Below are positions 1-14,700 of a stretch of 64,000 nt of DNA, piece by piece. The translations under genes and the position numbers were made by a program. The number at the start of each line of letters is the position of its first letter. Positions within the stretch are counted from its first letter, which is position 1. The notes under the pieces are model-generated. The model worked only from the letters and a program-made list of their open reading frames with translations, was not told where the DNA came from and made no database searches. Origin of the DNA: the human T2T-CHM13v2.0 reference genome, Homo sapiens; NCBI RefSeq assembly GCF_009914755.1, contig NC_060936.1. One strand, 5' to 3'.

Positions 1-249
1 AATCCAACCCAATTTATACTGCAACCCAATTTAATCTCCCTGTGTCATCTTAGGAATCAGCAGCACCTGGTTTTTTAAAGGGTGAATTAAAGATGGAACT
101 ACATTAATTAGTTAAAATTTTCAGAAACCATCAAATCTCCAGTTCATTCCTCACAAAATAACTTGAATGTTCCCAATTTTCGCAATTTGTTTGTTTCACA
201 GTACAAATTGTCTTACCTCTCCCAAGTTTGCTTTCTTAGAATAGCCCCT

Positions 250-1165
250 GATCCCTGTGTGGCTTGCTTCTACTTACTTCTTTTAGGCGGTAACTTTCAT
301 ATTAGTGGCTTCTTCAGAGGTCTGGCCATCCTTGGTTATATGCTCATATTTAAGAATGTGGGACTGAAATAGTGTTTGTAAAGCTATTGAGTAATACACG
401 GTTGGGGCTTGTCAGCTATGTGTTTTATCATAGGAAGATTAGACTGGCCTGTTTATTTATAAAATCTTGATGTCAATATATTTAACTATTTTCCATTGGA
501 ATGATTATATTACGTAAATAAGACTTTTTCAATTTTTTGTCTGCCAAGTGAAAGCATGGTTACCATTGTTCTGGCAAATATGTTGAAAAAATCTATGAGT
601 CTCAAAATCCAGTCTGTACACATTCTACTAATCCCCCTATTTATGATAGAGAACCTAGGACTTCCATTGTGTTTGGTGTCACTAAGTCCAAGAACAAGTG
701 GCAAACAAAAGGTCCTCTACCTTCTGCAGAAGGAAACTATTAAGTCTTCTTCTGGGTTGTGAGAAATCTCTAGACTGTGAAGAGTTAGGGAAGGGATTTG
801 ACTGTTCAATTATTTATTACATTTTCAAGTAATGCACCTTATTTACCCCCCTTCCCTTCATCTCCTCTCACAGTAGAACCTGGTCTTCTCATTTTCTGTC
901 TTTAGGTGATCCTCTGCATAAACCATGCTGAATCTTAGCCTTATTAATCCCTATTCATGAGTCAACTTTCTCAAACGTGCTAGTCAATTACCACTTACCC
1001 ATCTGTTTTCCCGGCTTCCAAATTTTTCTTGTGATGTTTTCTCCTTTCCTGTTTTCCCATTATCTATGGGTTTATTTTTCAAAAAACAGCATGCTTTTGT
1101 ATTTACAGTGGGAGTTTGGTTTGGAGTAAAATTAGATTTGTGTGTTTTCAATCAGCCATTTTACA
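250..1165 (-). mobile_element. Ancient L1M (L1ME-type) 5'-region fragment
   Basis: Resembles antisense L1ME 5' regions (tctggccatccttggttatatgctcatatttaagaatgtggg; ends tgtgttttcaatcagccattttac); heavily diverged. Confidence 0.45.
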
Positions 1166-2586
1166 CAGCAGTCCCTATGGCTTTCAATATAGATTTCCAA
1201 TGACAACTACCACTTTTCCTTGTAACTTTTTCTATCCCTCTCTTTTTCTTTTCATCTAAACAAACAATGAACTGCTTTCTGTCACTTTGCATTAGTTTGC
1301 AATTTCTAGAATTGTATATGTAAGGAGTCACACAACATATAGCCTTTTTGTCTACCTTTCACGCAATATAATTATTTTGAGATCTATACATGTAGTTGCC
1401 TGTATCAATAGCGTGAGACTTTTTTATTGCACAGTAGTATTCCATTGCACATTGAATATATATTCATTGAATATATTGCATTTCATTGTGGGAATACAAT
1501 TGTTTATATATCCACCCATAGATGGACATTTCAGTTGTTTGTTTTGGACTGTTACAAAATAAAGCTACGATAAACATTCATATATAAGTTTCATACAGGC
1601 ATATGCTTTTATATCTTTTCTTTAAATATTTAGAAATAGAATGGCTAGATCATATGTAGGTATATGTTTCAGTTTTTTAAAACTACCAAACTGTTTCCCA
1701 AAGTGGCTGTATCATTTTAAATTTTCACCTTCAGTGCTTGAGTGTTCCAGCTCCTCTATATCCTCACCAAAACTTGTTATGGTCAGTCTTTTAATTTTAG
1801 ACGTTCTAATTTGAGTGTAAGGGTATAACATGATTTAACTGACATTTTCCTAAAGACTAATGGTGTTGAGCATCTTTTCATGTGTTGATTTGTCATTTTT
1901 ATATCTTTAGTGATGTTTGTTCAAATACTTTGCTCCTTTTTTATTGGGTTGTTTGTTTCCCTATTATTTAAGAGTTTTTTATTTATTGTGGATACAAAAC
2001 CTTTATTATATATATGATTTGCACCTACTTTCTTCTAGTCTATGGCTTTATTTCCATTCTCTTAGTAGTTTCTTTCTCTTATTCCAAAGAGAAATAAAAA
2101 TTTTTGCTGAAATTCCATTTATCATTTTTCCCTCTATGGATCATGTTTTGGTGTCAGATCTAAAAAACTGTTGTCTAACTCAGGGAAGTTCATAAAAGTT
2201 TTTCTATGTTTTCTCTAGAATTTGTATGGTTTTTAGCTTGTAGATATAGGTGTATGATCCATTTTGAATTCATTTTTATATTTCCTTCAAGGTAAGAATC
2301 TTTTGCTTTGTTTTGTTCATGGATATCTAGTTTATCCAGCACATTCTGATGAGAAGACAATCTTTTCTGCACTGAATTGCCTCTGCATCTTTGCAGAGTC
2401 CATCAGTTACCCATACATTTATGGGTATATCTTTGGAATCTCTAATTCTGTTCTGCTGATTGAGTTTTCTGTCATAACTCCAAAAAACACTATTTGGTTA
2501 CTATAACTTTATAATGAGCTTATCATAAGACTAAATCAAGTAGAACTAGGTTTCCAGTTTTGTTCCTCTTTTAAAAAATTGTTTTT

Positions 2587-2886
2587 GGCCTGGCACGATG
2601 GCTCACGCCTGTAATCCCAGCACTTTGGGAGGCCGAGGCGGGTGGATCACGAGGTCAGGAGTTCAAGATCAGCCTGGCCAAAATGGTGAAACCCCGTCTC
2701 TAGTAAAAATACAAAAAATTAGCTGGCTGCGGTAGTGGGTGCCTATAATCCCAGTTACTCGGGCGGCTGAGGCAGAGAACTGCTTGAACCCGGGAGGTGG
2801 AGGTTGCAGTGAGCTGGGATCGCTCCACTGCACTCCAGCCTGGGCAACAGAGTGAAACTCCATCTCAAAAAAAAATATATATATAT
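2587..2886 (+). mobile_element. AluS (Sg-like); A-tail partly converted to (TA)n
   Basis: Full Alu dimer; attgtttttg on both sides (TSD). Confidence 0.95.
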
Positions 2887-3619
2887 TGTTTTTGCTATTT
2901 GTTGTCATTTACATTTCCAAATAAATTTTAGAATTACTTTTTCAATTTCTAACTCAAAAAAAGCTTACTAGTATTTATTGGGATTTGTTAATACATAGAT
3001 CATTTATAGAGACTAAAGATCATAATAATAATATTCTCATCCAGAACATAATATATCTCTCCATTTAATGGGTCTTTTTTGATTTATCTCACTAATATGT
3101 ATAACTTTCAGTATACAGATTTTTCACACCTTTTTTCAGATTATCTCTTAGCATTTAATATTTGTTATTTAATGATATTTTAAATTCAGTTTTATTTACT
3201 TGTTTTAGTTGTCATTTCATACATATAAATACAATTTATATTTGCATATGTATCCTCCATCCTGTTACTTTGGTAAACCACTTGTAAGTTCTAGTAGCTT
3301 TTTTGTGGATTCCATCAAATTTGCTACATACTCAATCCTGTCATCTATAAATAACACAATTTCATTTTTTCTTTCCTGACACCAGTTTTCCAATTATGCT
3401 TCTTCCCAGTCCCTGACCCCCTAGTCAATAGTTACATAATTGCGCACGTAGTCATGTCTTCTTCCAAGCAAAGTAAACAACCAGGTACACTGCTGGAAGT
3501 TCTGTCCACTGAAAGAAATTCCCTTCATCACTGTCCTTTAGAAATGTCCCAGAAGGGGGCTGCAGTGCTTCAGTTGTCCAACTTCAGGTGGTGCCTTCCC
3601 AATTACGTATATATTATAT

Positions 3620-4039
3620 CACATCCATTTGTCCTAAAGCTGCTTATTTACATGGGATGCTTAGCAAACTACAACCTAATTTTTATGTAAACAAACTGCA
3701 ATATAACTTGAGAGTATATTCTCCTAAGAAGTATCTGAGTCTTAGCCAATTAAAGCAGCTGAGCTTCAGCCAATCACAGGCTGCAAACTGACCAGACTGC
3801 ATTCATATAAAGCAAATATCTCATCACATCATGACCAAACAAGGCAAATGCTCCACTGTAACCAATAAAACTGTTTCTATATGTCACTTCCTTTTTCTGT
3901 CTAATAAATACTGCCTGCCGACCTTGTTGGGTGGAGCTCTCTGAACCTTTTCTGGTTCTGAGGGCTGTTGGATTCATGAGTGGTTCTTTGCTCAGATCAA
4001 TTCTGCTAAATTTAGTTAGTTCAACGTTTTTCTTGTAAC
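3620..4039 (+). mobile_element. MER57-family solo LTR (ERV1)
   Basis: cctaaagctgc, agccaatcac, aaggcaaatgc...ctgtaaccaat, tcacttcctttttctgtc, ctctctgaacc...gttctttgctca, ends ttttcttgtaac. Confidence 0.8.
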
Positions 4040-4524
4040 GTCAATTAGCCAATGTGATAGGCCTGCATGAGTCAGACTATTCTCATTGCTGCTTTGTCTC
4101 TGCTGTCCTTTATAGTAACCACACCCACCTTGCCTTTAGTGGTTGAGTGTTGCCACATGATCCCTGCCACCCCAGGATGTAATTACTTGCATTGCATAGA
4201 TTCCCCCTCCTTATACCATGTCTAGAAAGCTCTTTCAAGCAGTAAACAGGACCAATGATAAATCTCACCTTATTTTTGCCTCCATCAATCAGGGATCACT
4301 GTCCTTTGTTTTCTGTTTTCCACTGTTTAGAAAAATATTTCATCATATATTTTGTCTAGTTTTTGGGCATTTTAGGTGGAAGGGTAAATAAACTCCTGAT
4401 TATGCTGAGTGCACTTAAAAACTTCCACACTATTTATTTTATTTTGTTCTCTTATGTGCCTTTCTTTTTAATAGCCATGAGTTCACAAAGAAGAACGTCT
4501 ATGCCAAACACCTAACAGTAGCCA

Positions 4525-4735
4525 ACAACAAGTATTCAGTTGTTATTCTCTGCCAAGAACAGTTCTAAGAACACCACATGCATTTAATTTATTTAATCTT
4601 CACAATGACCCTGTAAGGTATTACTATTAATAGCTCTGTTTTAGAGATGAATACATCAAAGCAGAGTAACAAGGTAATTTGCCAAAGGTCTCACCAGCTA
4701 GCGGTAGAGCTGGAATTTGAATCTAAGCTGTATTA
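4525..4735 (-). mobile_element. MIR SINE
   Basis: tttaatcttcacaatgaccctgtaaggta...ttttagagatgaa...gtaatttgccaaaggtc...agagctggaatttgaatc. Confidence 0.8.
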
Positions 4736-4761
4736 ACATTTACACAATGTCTTCTTTTCTA

Positions 4762-4975
4762 CAGCAGAGGTTCTCACACCTGACTATGTACCAAATTTTC
4801 ACTGGAAATATTTAGATAAACAGATTCCTTGGGTCCTTTTTGCAAAGTTACCGAATCAGAGATTCAGAGATAATCTGAATCAGAGATGTCTACAGATATA
4901 AAACTCAGGAGTCTGTATTTTTACAAGCACACAAGATAATTCTAATATGTTGCCAGTTTTGTGAACTACTTACTG
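4762..4975. mobile_element. MER5A-like hAT-Charlie DNA transposon
   Basis: cagaggttctcacac...ctgaatcaga...ggagtctgtatttttacaagc...gataattctaat...ttgtgaactact. Confidence 0.7.
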
Positions 4976-5194
4976 CTCTACAGGGAATAGAGGGAACTTT
5001 GGAAGTTGAAAGTTTCATTTACCTGCATCATAGTTTGTTTTTTTTTTTTTTTAAGGTGGTTCCACCTACTATCCACAATATTGTTGAATTGTTTGGGGAT
5101 TTTAAAACATTTTTATTGTTTATATACTTCTGGTGGGTTTCTTTTTTTCCTGTCTCACAGACAGCAGGAAAGTCTTTTTTTTTTTTTTTTTCCT

Positions 5195-5400
5195 ATGGGA
5201 TAGTGCTTCGGGCCAAGTAGACCTGAGTGTGAATAATGGCTCTACTACTTCCGTAACTACAGAACAACTGGCAAGCTACCTGTCTCTCTCTCAGTTGCCC
5301 TATATGTAAAATGAAGAAAATAATTTTTTAAGGATTAAGTCAAATGATATACATAAAATTCTTAGCATATTATGGATGTTTATTAAGTGGTAGGTAGTAT
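5195..5400 (+). mobile_element. MIR SINE
   Basis: agacctgagtgtgaat...ggcaag...ctcagttgccctatatgtaaaatg...aggattaag. Confidence 0.7.
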
Positions 5401-5511
5401 ATTTATTTAACACTCAGATATGAAAGTTAAGGCTATAAATTCTTTATGACATGTAGCTTTGGAAATATTACTAACAGTATTTTATATTGTGCAATTCACC
5501 ATTATTTTCAG

Positions 5512-6790
5512 GAGCACCAAAATGAAAAAAGTCACTGCCAGTTAGCCTTTGACATAATGCTTTCTTGTCACTGAGAATTGTTACTTTATGTTTTTTAAAA
5601 GAACTCTTTCAGATTTTTAAAATTATATGTCTCATATATCAGATAAGCAAACAGAAATGGTTAAGGTATTCCTAAAATTTCTGCATATTCAGAGTCTCAA
5701 TCTTGTAAAACACTTTCATGGTGAGAGCTATTGGTGTCCACATTTTTCAACAAAACATTATGCCCTGTGCCACAAAGATTTTAATTAAATAGGCTTATTT
5801 AATTAAATTACTTAATTTAATTAATGATTGATTTAAACTATTTAATTAAATAGATTTCCCCAAAGCATTGATTATGAAAAATTTTAAAGATACAGAGAAG
5901 TTCAAAGAATAGTAGAATGGAAAACTAGATCTGCTCTCTACCCAGGATCAGTCATTGATGAATCACAGCTGTTGCCTTGTTAACAGCAACTTTATGACAA
6001 TATCAATTTTAAGTACATTCCAATTTTGGAAATGTTTGAAACAACAAATTTTTCATTTTAGAATCAAAGAAATATATTCTGTATATTGCAGGTATGTAAT
6101 ATGTGCACATTATATTTATATGTGTTTACAAAGTTCATTTTTATACCTTCATATTCATTTTTATGAGCATTTTTATGCAGAGATTTTCAACAATATTAAA
6201 AACACTGACTAACTGACAGATTGAATGATAAGTTCCTATCACAACATAGACCATGGTGTAGAATATGGAAAAAATTAAGTTTTGAGGATCCAAATCTAAT
6301 ACAGTTTCAGTTTTCTTGGATCTTTCCATTTTTCTGAGAGTCAATGGAAGCTCACATATACTATTAATGAGAAATTCAGATACAAAAATTATAAGCCTAA
6401 ACATGGCCCAAATTTTGCTGTTTAACCTTAGGCACTGTTCTTAATCTCTTTTTTGCAGCAGTTTTTACCATCTGCTATGAAAGGACTATTGCTGCCTATG
6501 GTATTGCTTTAAAAAGGTCATTAAAACTTTCTCCTATCTCCAGGATATCTGACAAAAAACCTACAAACTGCTACCATCATTTAGAAAAGATGTTGGAAAA
6601 ATTGAAAACACAAGGTATTACTCTTCCAGTTCAACAATGAGATACAGAAGAATTTGTAAGCTCGTGAAAGAGCCTATTCTATCGAGGTTTTCAGGCTACC
6701 TGAAGAGAACCAAATATGCTCAGGACTTGTAGGACTGACTGTTATGTAAGGATTAGATTGCGTTTCAAACAAAATAAAATTAGATACAAT
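5512..6790 (+). other. Candidate spliced 3' end of an unidentified transcript or pseudogene (putative exons 5512-5540, 5613-5665, 6544-~6790)
   Basis: TACTAAC at 5469-5475 before ttattttcag|; ctctttcag| ... AAG|gtattc; ctttctcctatctccag|; AATAAA at 6773-6778; exon sequence is non-repetitive. Confidence 0.35.
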
Positions 6791-7608
6791 GTCTCTCACG
6801 AAGGAAAATGAATCTGTCAGAATGGGGAAGCATTGCAAACCTATTTTCTCTAAAGGATGTTTGCTTTTACAAACTGAGAACTAAAGCCACTTTTCAGCAT
6901 ATAATTTTCAAAATAACATATGTGGTGTTCTTTAAACAAGTGGGAGAAAAATCAATGTGTATTTATGGTCAAAAAATTCAATTAGCGGTTATCAGCAGGT
7001 GAGCACCAATTTGTTTTCCTTTAGTGATCCAGGAAGGTGGATTTTTATTTTTGATTTTATTTATGCCTTTAACTACTTTGCATCCTCAGAATTTCTTTCC
7101 ACTTTTGATCTGAGAATTGAGATCATAATAATCATTCCATTTATGTCTAGATGATCCCATTTCTACATTGTCATCAGGAATCACTTGCCTTTTCTTTACA
7201 AGTGGCAGGTGGGAAAAATCTTCAGCTGATCTCTAAAGGGAAGACTATTAGGTCATCAGTGCAAAAATGAAGTCCTTCTCCCTGTGGATGTTTAAAGAGA
7301 ACATCCTGTTCTCTTTAAACTCTAAAAACTCCCTGTCTGGGAGATTTTACTTCTCAAAATCAGCTTTTGAGTATAATTAGCTACTAGTTCCACCCCAGAA
7401 TTTTTTTTCCTGCTTTTCCTCATTGGAATTTAACCAATAGTTTACCTTTCCTAACTAAAACTCCTCATTGTTTAATTCTTTAAATCACAGTATGTTAGAG
7501 ATGATTTGGAACTTAGACATTGTCTAGTGCTTTATTCTATTTGTTCCATGAAGCTTTTTGTGGGGAGTAAGAGAGAGGACCTGGACCCCTTATCCCTATT
7601 CTCTTCTC

Positions 7609-8035
7609 CTCTTAGTCCATTTCCTGTTGTTTATAACAGAATATTGGAAATTGGGTAATTTACAAATAAAAGGAATTTATTTCACATGATTATGGAGGCT
7701 GGAAAGTCCAAGGTCGTGGGACTGCATCTGGTGATGATCTTCTTGCTGGTGAGGACTCTCTGCAGAGTTCCAAAGCTTCACAGGGCATTATATGGCAAGG
7801 GGGTTGAGTGTGCTACCTCTGGTCCTTCTAACTCTTCTTATAAAGCCACCAGTCCCAGTCCTATGATAACCCAGTAATCTATTTAGCCCATTAATCCATG
7901 AATGGATTAATTGATTCATGAGTGCAGAGCTCTCATGACTCAATTACCACTGAAGGTGCCATCTCTCAATACTGCCACATTGGGGATTAAATTACAACAT
8001 GAGTTTTCTAGGGGAAAAACATTCAAACCAGAGCA
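7609..8035 (-). mobile_element. MST-family (MSTB2/MSTC-like) MaLR solo LTR
   Basis: tcttagtccattt...ggaggctggaaagtccaaggtc...attaatccatgaatggattaat...attcaaaccagagca. Confidence 0.85.
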
Positions 8036-8246
8036 TCCTCCCTCGATTAACACATTGGTTTATCTGTTTTATTTTATTTGAAGAGACTTTTCCACTAAGA
8101 AAGTTTTAAAAACCCCACCCTGCCCTCTGACTTTTCAGGTTAGCCAACTAGGAATCTTAAAATGGATCAAAGCTTACTTAGTCAACACAGAGCTGGAGCC
8201 ATAACCTAAACCTTCTCACTTCCAGTCAGCAGTCTTTCCACTATGA

Positions 8247-8610
<364 letters not shown>

Positions 8611-8649
8611 ACCTTTGTTTTTCAGATATAGTTTATTATTTTTTTAGGA

Positions 8650-9375
<726 letters not shown>

Positions 9376-9569
9376 AGAATGTTTCTTTTAAGCTTTGCAC
9401 ACACACATGCACATATACACAATATGAATTTTTCAAAACCTTCAATAGTACTTAAAAATTGACTTCAAAGGTTTTGTAAAAGTAGAGTGTAGAAATTTTT
9501 TCTCAATATTCCTCTACATATGTTCCATGTCTCTAACAAGAAACTATAAACACTTAAAGGTCTTTCTTT

Positions 9570-10112
9570 TTTTTTTTATTATACTTTAAGTTTTAGGGTA
9601 CATGTGCACATTGTGCAGGTTAGTTAGATATGTATACTGTGCCATGCTGGTGCACTGCACCCACTAACTCGTCATCTAGCATTAGGTATATCTCCCAATG
9701 CTACCCCTCCCCCGTCCCCCCACCCCACCACAGTCCCCAGAGTGTGATATTCCCCTTCCTGTGTCCATGTGATCTCATTGTTCAATTCCCACCTATGAGT
9801 GAGAATATGCAGTGTTTGGTTTTTTGTTCTTGTGATAGTTTACTGAGAATGATGATTTCCAATTTCATCCATGTCCCTACAAAGGACATGAACTCATCAT
9901 TTTTTATGGCTGCATAGTATTCCATGGTGTATACGTGCCACATTTTCTTAATCCAGTCTATCACTGTTGGACATTTGGTTTGGTTCCAAGTCTTTGCTAT
10001 TGTGAATAATGCCGCAATAAACATACGTGTGCATGTGTCTTTATAGCAGCATGATTTATAGTCCTTTGGGTATATACTCAGTAATGGGATGGCTGGGTCA
10101 AATGGTATTTCT
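9570..10112 (-). mobile_element. 5'-truncated young L1 (L1PA2/3-like) 3' end
   Basis: Near-consensus L1PA 3'UTR and ORF2 C-terminus; 12-bp TSD aggtctttcttt at 9558-9569 and 10113-10124. Confidence 0.95.
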
Positions 10113-11385
10113 AGGTCTTTCTTTAAAGAAGAAAAATAAAGCAATATATCCCCCACAGTACTAAGAATAATGTTAGATCACAAAATTGGTCCTGATTTAA
10201 TACATATTGAATTAAGTTAAAGTAATAAGGAATTAATCATTCATCTCTTTCAAATAAATTATTTATTTATTTATTGGCCCCATAACGGTCTATCCAAATA
10301 AGAACTTTGTTCTATAGAAAGGTGATAGTAATAATACAGTGTTGTGGGAACATATTAACTTTTATTTGAAATCCTGATGTCCAGGATATCAACCACTAAA
10401 TTGATACATGAACGTGATCAAGTAAGAGCCTGTAAAAGCTCATCTGTAAAATGAACCAAGTGATTTTAAAGTTTATTTCAGAAAAAATGCTATTAAAGCC
10501 ACAAAACATTAATATTTCAACAGTAGTAAATGTATGCCCCCTGTTCACACAGCAACTAATGTTTTACCTCTATAGTTTTTGATCTAGATGTTTCAAGCTC
10601 CTCTTCTATTAGCAAAATTTTCTGAGATTACAGTCAACCAAAAAGGAAAATTCAAGTAATGCTTTGTGATTTTCTATCCATTAAAATTGGTGAATCATAA
10701 AACATTTGGGTTGGAAGGGAATAAAAAGATCAGACTCAGTCCCTTCCAAATGCATGAGTCAATTCTAGGGCATCCCTGAGAAGTGGTCATCCAGGCAGTG
10801 ATCAGGAACCTAGCATGTAATTGATGTGCCTGTTCAAATGTTGGATAACTCTAATTGTTACAGAGATTTTTCTTTTACTGAGCTATCATCTGCCTTCCTG
10901 TAATTACCTCTCATTGTTATTAATTCTGCTCCCTGGAGCAAAACAAAACAAGTCTTTACTTTCTTCCACAAGACAGCCTTCAAATATTTGAAGGTGTTTT
11001 TTTCTGCCAACTAAATATTCCATTTCCTTCAACTGTTTATTTGACAAAATTTCACGTGGCTTTCTTCTGGCACACAGAACTTGTAACAAACCAGTGATGG
11101 CATCTCATGAGTATGAAGAATAGGAGGGCTATCACTCTTTGGGAACTGGATGCAATATTCCAACAAGTGCAGCGTAAGATGCCAATCATGTCTAAGGGAG
11201 CTACTCCCTATTGTTGCATTACTGAAAACGTGAGGATTAAGACTCCTCAGATTTTTGTTAAATAAACTTCTATCATACTATGTCTTTCACCCTAGTTAGA
11301 AATGAATGAATTATTTGGTTTTTTTAAATCCAAATTTTAAGACTATGTATTTACCCCAGTTGAATACTTGGTCACACTTTGTGCA

Positions 11386-11798
11386 TGTGGTAGCCTTGAA
11401 AATGTGCCACGTAGATTCTCATCTTGGAAATAATAGTTGACTGACAGCTCTAGCCCTCCAACCCCCACATCTGGATCTACCAATTCATTTGCATAGTGGT
11501 CATGCTACTCCTGGGCTTTGCCTACTAAATGACTGAACACAATGGGGAGTACTAGAGCAAGCAACTCTGGCTCAAGAACTACCCTCCCTCTGGTGAAAAC
11601 TTTATTTGAACTTTCCCGTAGTCTGAGACACTTCCTCCCAATTTCTTCCTTCCGCTTTTCTTTAGTAGGTGTCAGGTTTGTGATGCACTCTGAAGGTGCT
11701 CTCTGCCTATTCCTGATTCTTTCTTTTTACTGTTAACAGGTGACTCTCACAATCCTATTCCATTTGGCATTTGCTTTGCAAAGAACCTGAATTACACA
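11386..11798 (+). mobile_element. LTR16A-like 5' LTR of HERV16
   Basis: TGTGG...agttgactgacagc...aatgactgaacac...gtactagagc...gtctgagac...tctgaagg...CACA. Confidence 0.85.
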
Positions 11799-14700
11799 GA
11801 CAGTACTAAGAGTGGTCCAAGAAGTCTGCCAGTCAAATGAAATTTGGAGACTGGCTCATTCACCACCCACCGTGCAAAATGAAAGCCATTCTGAGTGGTC
11901 AGGGGAATATACCTGGCTCCTGGCTCAGGGCAGCAGCTTGATTCCTGAAGAATTTCATGGATGGTGATCTGGGAAAATATCCCAGTGTAAGGGAACACCA
12001 CAAAAGATAGAAGAGGGACCATAGCCAAAAAGCACACTTGGAGTTTGATGGAGACACAGAGCTCCAGAGACTTCTAGGCCAAGACTGGTCAGGGCCCTGA
12101 CCATGAGTCCTGAAATATGGAACTGGAATATCTTGATGATTGCCTCTGGAGATGTTGGCTCTGCAAAACACACTCATCTTGCAAAGGTTCTGAGGCATCT
12201 AATAAGAACTCTAATACCTCTCCTTAGTAACAGCTAGCATTTCTTCAAGCTGGAAGATTCTGCAGAGCCTCCATCCACCCCTACAAGTTGCCAATCCCCC
12301 TATATTTATACCTTCTTTCCTGGCTTCCAGAAGTATAACAAAAACAAAATCTTAGCATAGCCTAGCTTAGTGTGTGCTGGGCCTGATTGGGGGAAAGGAG
12401 ATTATACGCCAAAGGAATTGCAAGATTTAGATAGATGTATCAGCAAGGATCCAGGAGTGTTCACAAACCCTAGTTTGAGTTTTAAGGGTGCTTAATCAAG
12501 GAGATAATAATACAAATCTGAATAAGAAAGAATTCCTCAAGTTGGGGTCATTTATTTGGTACACACGATTTAACATCCTGGTAAAGACCCCAGAGGGTCC
12601 TAGAAAGCAAAGTCATTGCTAGATGGGTATTAGAAGCACAGAGAAAAATTATAACTCAAGCTGAGTAAAGTGGAAATGCCTGTGTTACACTTACAGACAA
12701 TAGAGAAAGAAATAATGAAGCTGACGGCAGAGAGAGTGTTGAAATAAATACCTTATGTGAAGCCAGAAGAAGATTTTTCAAGAGGATCATGGTCCATGAG
12801 AGGACTCAGAGAATACACATTCACCAGGGCCATCAGGAATGCACTGGTGAGACTGCCACCAAAATCACTCAGAAGTTCATTGGTGACTGTCCTTTGTAAG
12901 CCAGGGCTGAGAGTTGGTCACAGAGATCATTACTATCCCTGTGGATGATAGGACCACAAAGTAATAGGGACCGGGTGGCAGTTCTTAACTGCCAGAAGCC
13001 AGTATAACACAATTGTCATAATGACCAGCAAGGTAGGAGCAACAGCCATGGGGGATTGACCATCAAGGAATCATGGAGTTGGTTACTGGAGCATGGGCAG
13101 CCAACCAGCATCCTGATTAACATCTACAGCCAGAAAAGACAAGAATGGAAGAAAAGGAGGCTGAGTGCATTTGCTCTAAAAAACAAACAAACAAACAAAC
13201 AAAGCACAATAACTTTCTCAGTTCCCTCAACTGAGTTTTAGATCCAAAACCTGAAGAGGTAGCCTAGCCCTTAGGAAGAAGGACCCTGCAATCCTCTGGT
13301 AGGTATATGTGATAATGTTTTCCCTTGGTCCTTATCCCACCTAGGGTTCTACAACCATTTGCTTGGGTAACTGCATACAAGAGAAAGGGGAATACACAGA
13401 TATTTAGAGGACAGTTGGGTACAAATCTTAAGTTGACATTGGTACCTGGAGTCCAAAACATCACTGTGACCATTTACTATCAGTTCATATTGAGTCCATT
13501 TGTTTCTGCAGATCCATACAGTGGTTATTTTTCCAGCATCTGAGTGTATAATGAAATTGCAACTCATTTGGGTACTTGGCTTGTGGAATAAGAGGTAGTG
13601 TAATGGAGAAGGCCAAAGAGAAACCTCTCAAATGCTCCTCATTCTCTTTAGCCTAAATAGTCAATTAAAAATAATATTGTATCCCATGGTGATGGCCCAT
13701 GTTCATGCCACCATAAAAACAAAAAAAATACACAGGTAGCACTATATTTCTGTTTAATTAAAAAGTCTGGCCCCTGCAGACACCAGATGGATCTGAGCAA
13801 ATAACTGAAGACTACCACAGACTCAACCAATAGTAGAATGGAACACACTTTGTCAAATGTGGTATCATTGCAGAAGTAGATTAATAAGGCCTCAAATATA
13901 TGTTAGGTGGTCATTCATTTGGTGAATTTTTTTTCTATTGTGATTAGAAAATAATAGAATAAGCAAAAAATATTTAATTCTTTTAGAAAATAATAGAATA
14001 ATCAAAAATATTTAATTCTTTTTTTACCTCAGAGTATATTAACTCTCCTATCCTCTTTGGAATATAGTCCAAAAGTATCTAAACTTTGTAGGTATCTCAC
14101 CAAGCATCAATGGATCCATTATACTGATGACATGATGCTGATCGGACAGGATGGGCAAGAGGTGGCTAATATGACTGAGACCTTGGGATGACACACACAC
14201 TCCAACAGATGAGAGGTAATCACCACAAAGTTTCAGGGAATTATCAGTTTAGTGATAATTTTAGGGATCTAGTAGTCAGAATCATACAAGGTTATCCCCT
14301 TCGAATTGAATAAAAATGCTGTATCTATTCTACCATAAAAATGGAAACAGCTCTTGGTAGGCTTCTTTGGGTTCTAGACACAACATGGCCACACCAGGAA
14401 ATATTTCTGTAGCCCATATACCAAGTGATGTCAAAAGCTGACAGCTTTGAGTGGTGCTTAAAGCATTAACAGGGCTCTTCAGCAAGTCTATACTGTGGTG
14501 CAAACAGCCCTGTCACTTGGGTCATACAATCTGGAAGAGCCTATGGTGTTGGAAATATCAATGGTGGGAAAAGATATGGTATTTAGTTGATGTCAATGAC
14601 AATTCAGGTCCCTATAATCCCGAAGCAAGGTCACGCCCTCTAATCAAGGGACTGATAGGACAAGGGCTGGAAAATATGAGACAAGGGACAAGGTGGTCTG

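Larger units (their letters stand above)
1260..4410 (-). mobile_element. Old L1MC/MD-type element, internally deleted (3' end/ORF2 ~1260-3370, 5' end ~4050-4410), interrupted by Alu and MER57
   Basis: Antisense L1M 3' motifs (gatggacatttcagttgttt, ccaaactgtttcccaaagtggctgtatcatttt, ggtgttgagcatcttttcatgtg); 5'-end motif agggatcactgtcc...catatattttgtctagtttt. Confidence 0.7.

Noticed and set aside
6550-6552. In-frame TGA as selenocysteine
   Set aside because: No SECIS-like structure seen downstream, and the same frame has a TAA in the preceding candidate exon.
13944-14022. ~38-bp tandem duplication in HERV16 pol (and a ~26-bp one at 8732-8783)
   Set aside because: Ordinary slippage duplications in decayed repeats.
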